NCBI RefSeq assembly: GCF_001194135.2
Contig: NC_068981.1
Coordinates: forward strand, 158,595,560-158,659,559
Direction: 5' to 3'
Length of the DNA: 64,000 nucleotides
Source: Octopus bimaculoides
Lineage: Eukaryota
This document shows positions 63,988 to 64,000 of this stretch, in pieces. The translations under genes were made by a program, and so were the position numbers. The notes beneath the pieces were generated by a model. It searched no databases, was not told the DNA's origin, and was given only the letters and a program-made list of their open reading frames with translations. Position 1 is the first letter of the stretch, and each line of letters opens with the position of its first letter.

Positions 63988-64000
63988 ATTTGCAACTCCT
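63988..64000 (+). CDS. TSR2: Probable start of TSR2 exon 3 (NLQL..), truncated by window end
   Basis: Branch-like cacTTAAC, pyrimidines and cttcAG; phase 1 gives N-L-Q-L, similar to DLEL; only 13 nt visible. Confidence 0.5.

Overview
AT-rich, repeat-dense animal genomic DNA. The SINE, RTE and MITE families look like those of a coleoid cephalopod, probably Octopus; this is inferred, not proven. Three spliced genes were reconstructed by hand with consistent reading-frame phases: (1) the last 15 coding exons of an inner-arm axonemal dynein heavy chain (DNAH3-like, + strand, stop at 17911); (2) a complete 20-exon MOV10L1/Armitage piRNA helicase (- strand, 53726 to 26157, about 1111 aa); (3) the start of TSR2 (+ strand, ATG 59884), head-to-head with MOV10L1. 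Introns carry a decayed DD34D mariner, Gypsy and RTE remnants, tRNA-derived SINEs and several MITEs. The most unusual feature is a 478-bp fold-back element inserted into the 3' splice site of the last dynein intron, with a 12-bp TSD. It consists of two head-to-head tRNA-headed units with Penelope-like tails. The antisense unit carries a complete minimal hammerhead ribozyme, while the sense unit has lost the catalytic core. Also notable: a U12-type (minor spliceosome) intron in the dynein gene and a Merlin-like MITE built around an inverted telomeric-repeat palindrome. All calls are by eye; no database search was run.
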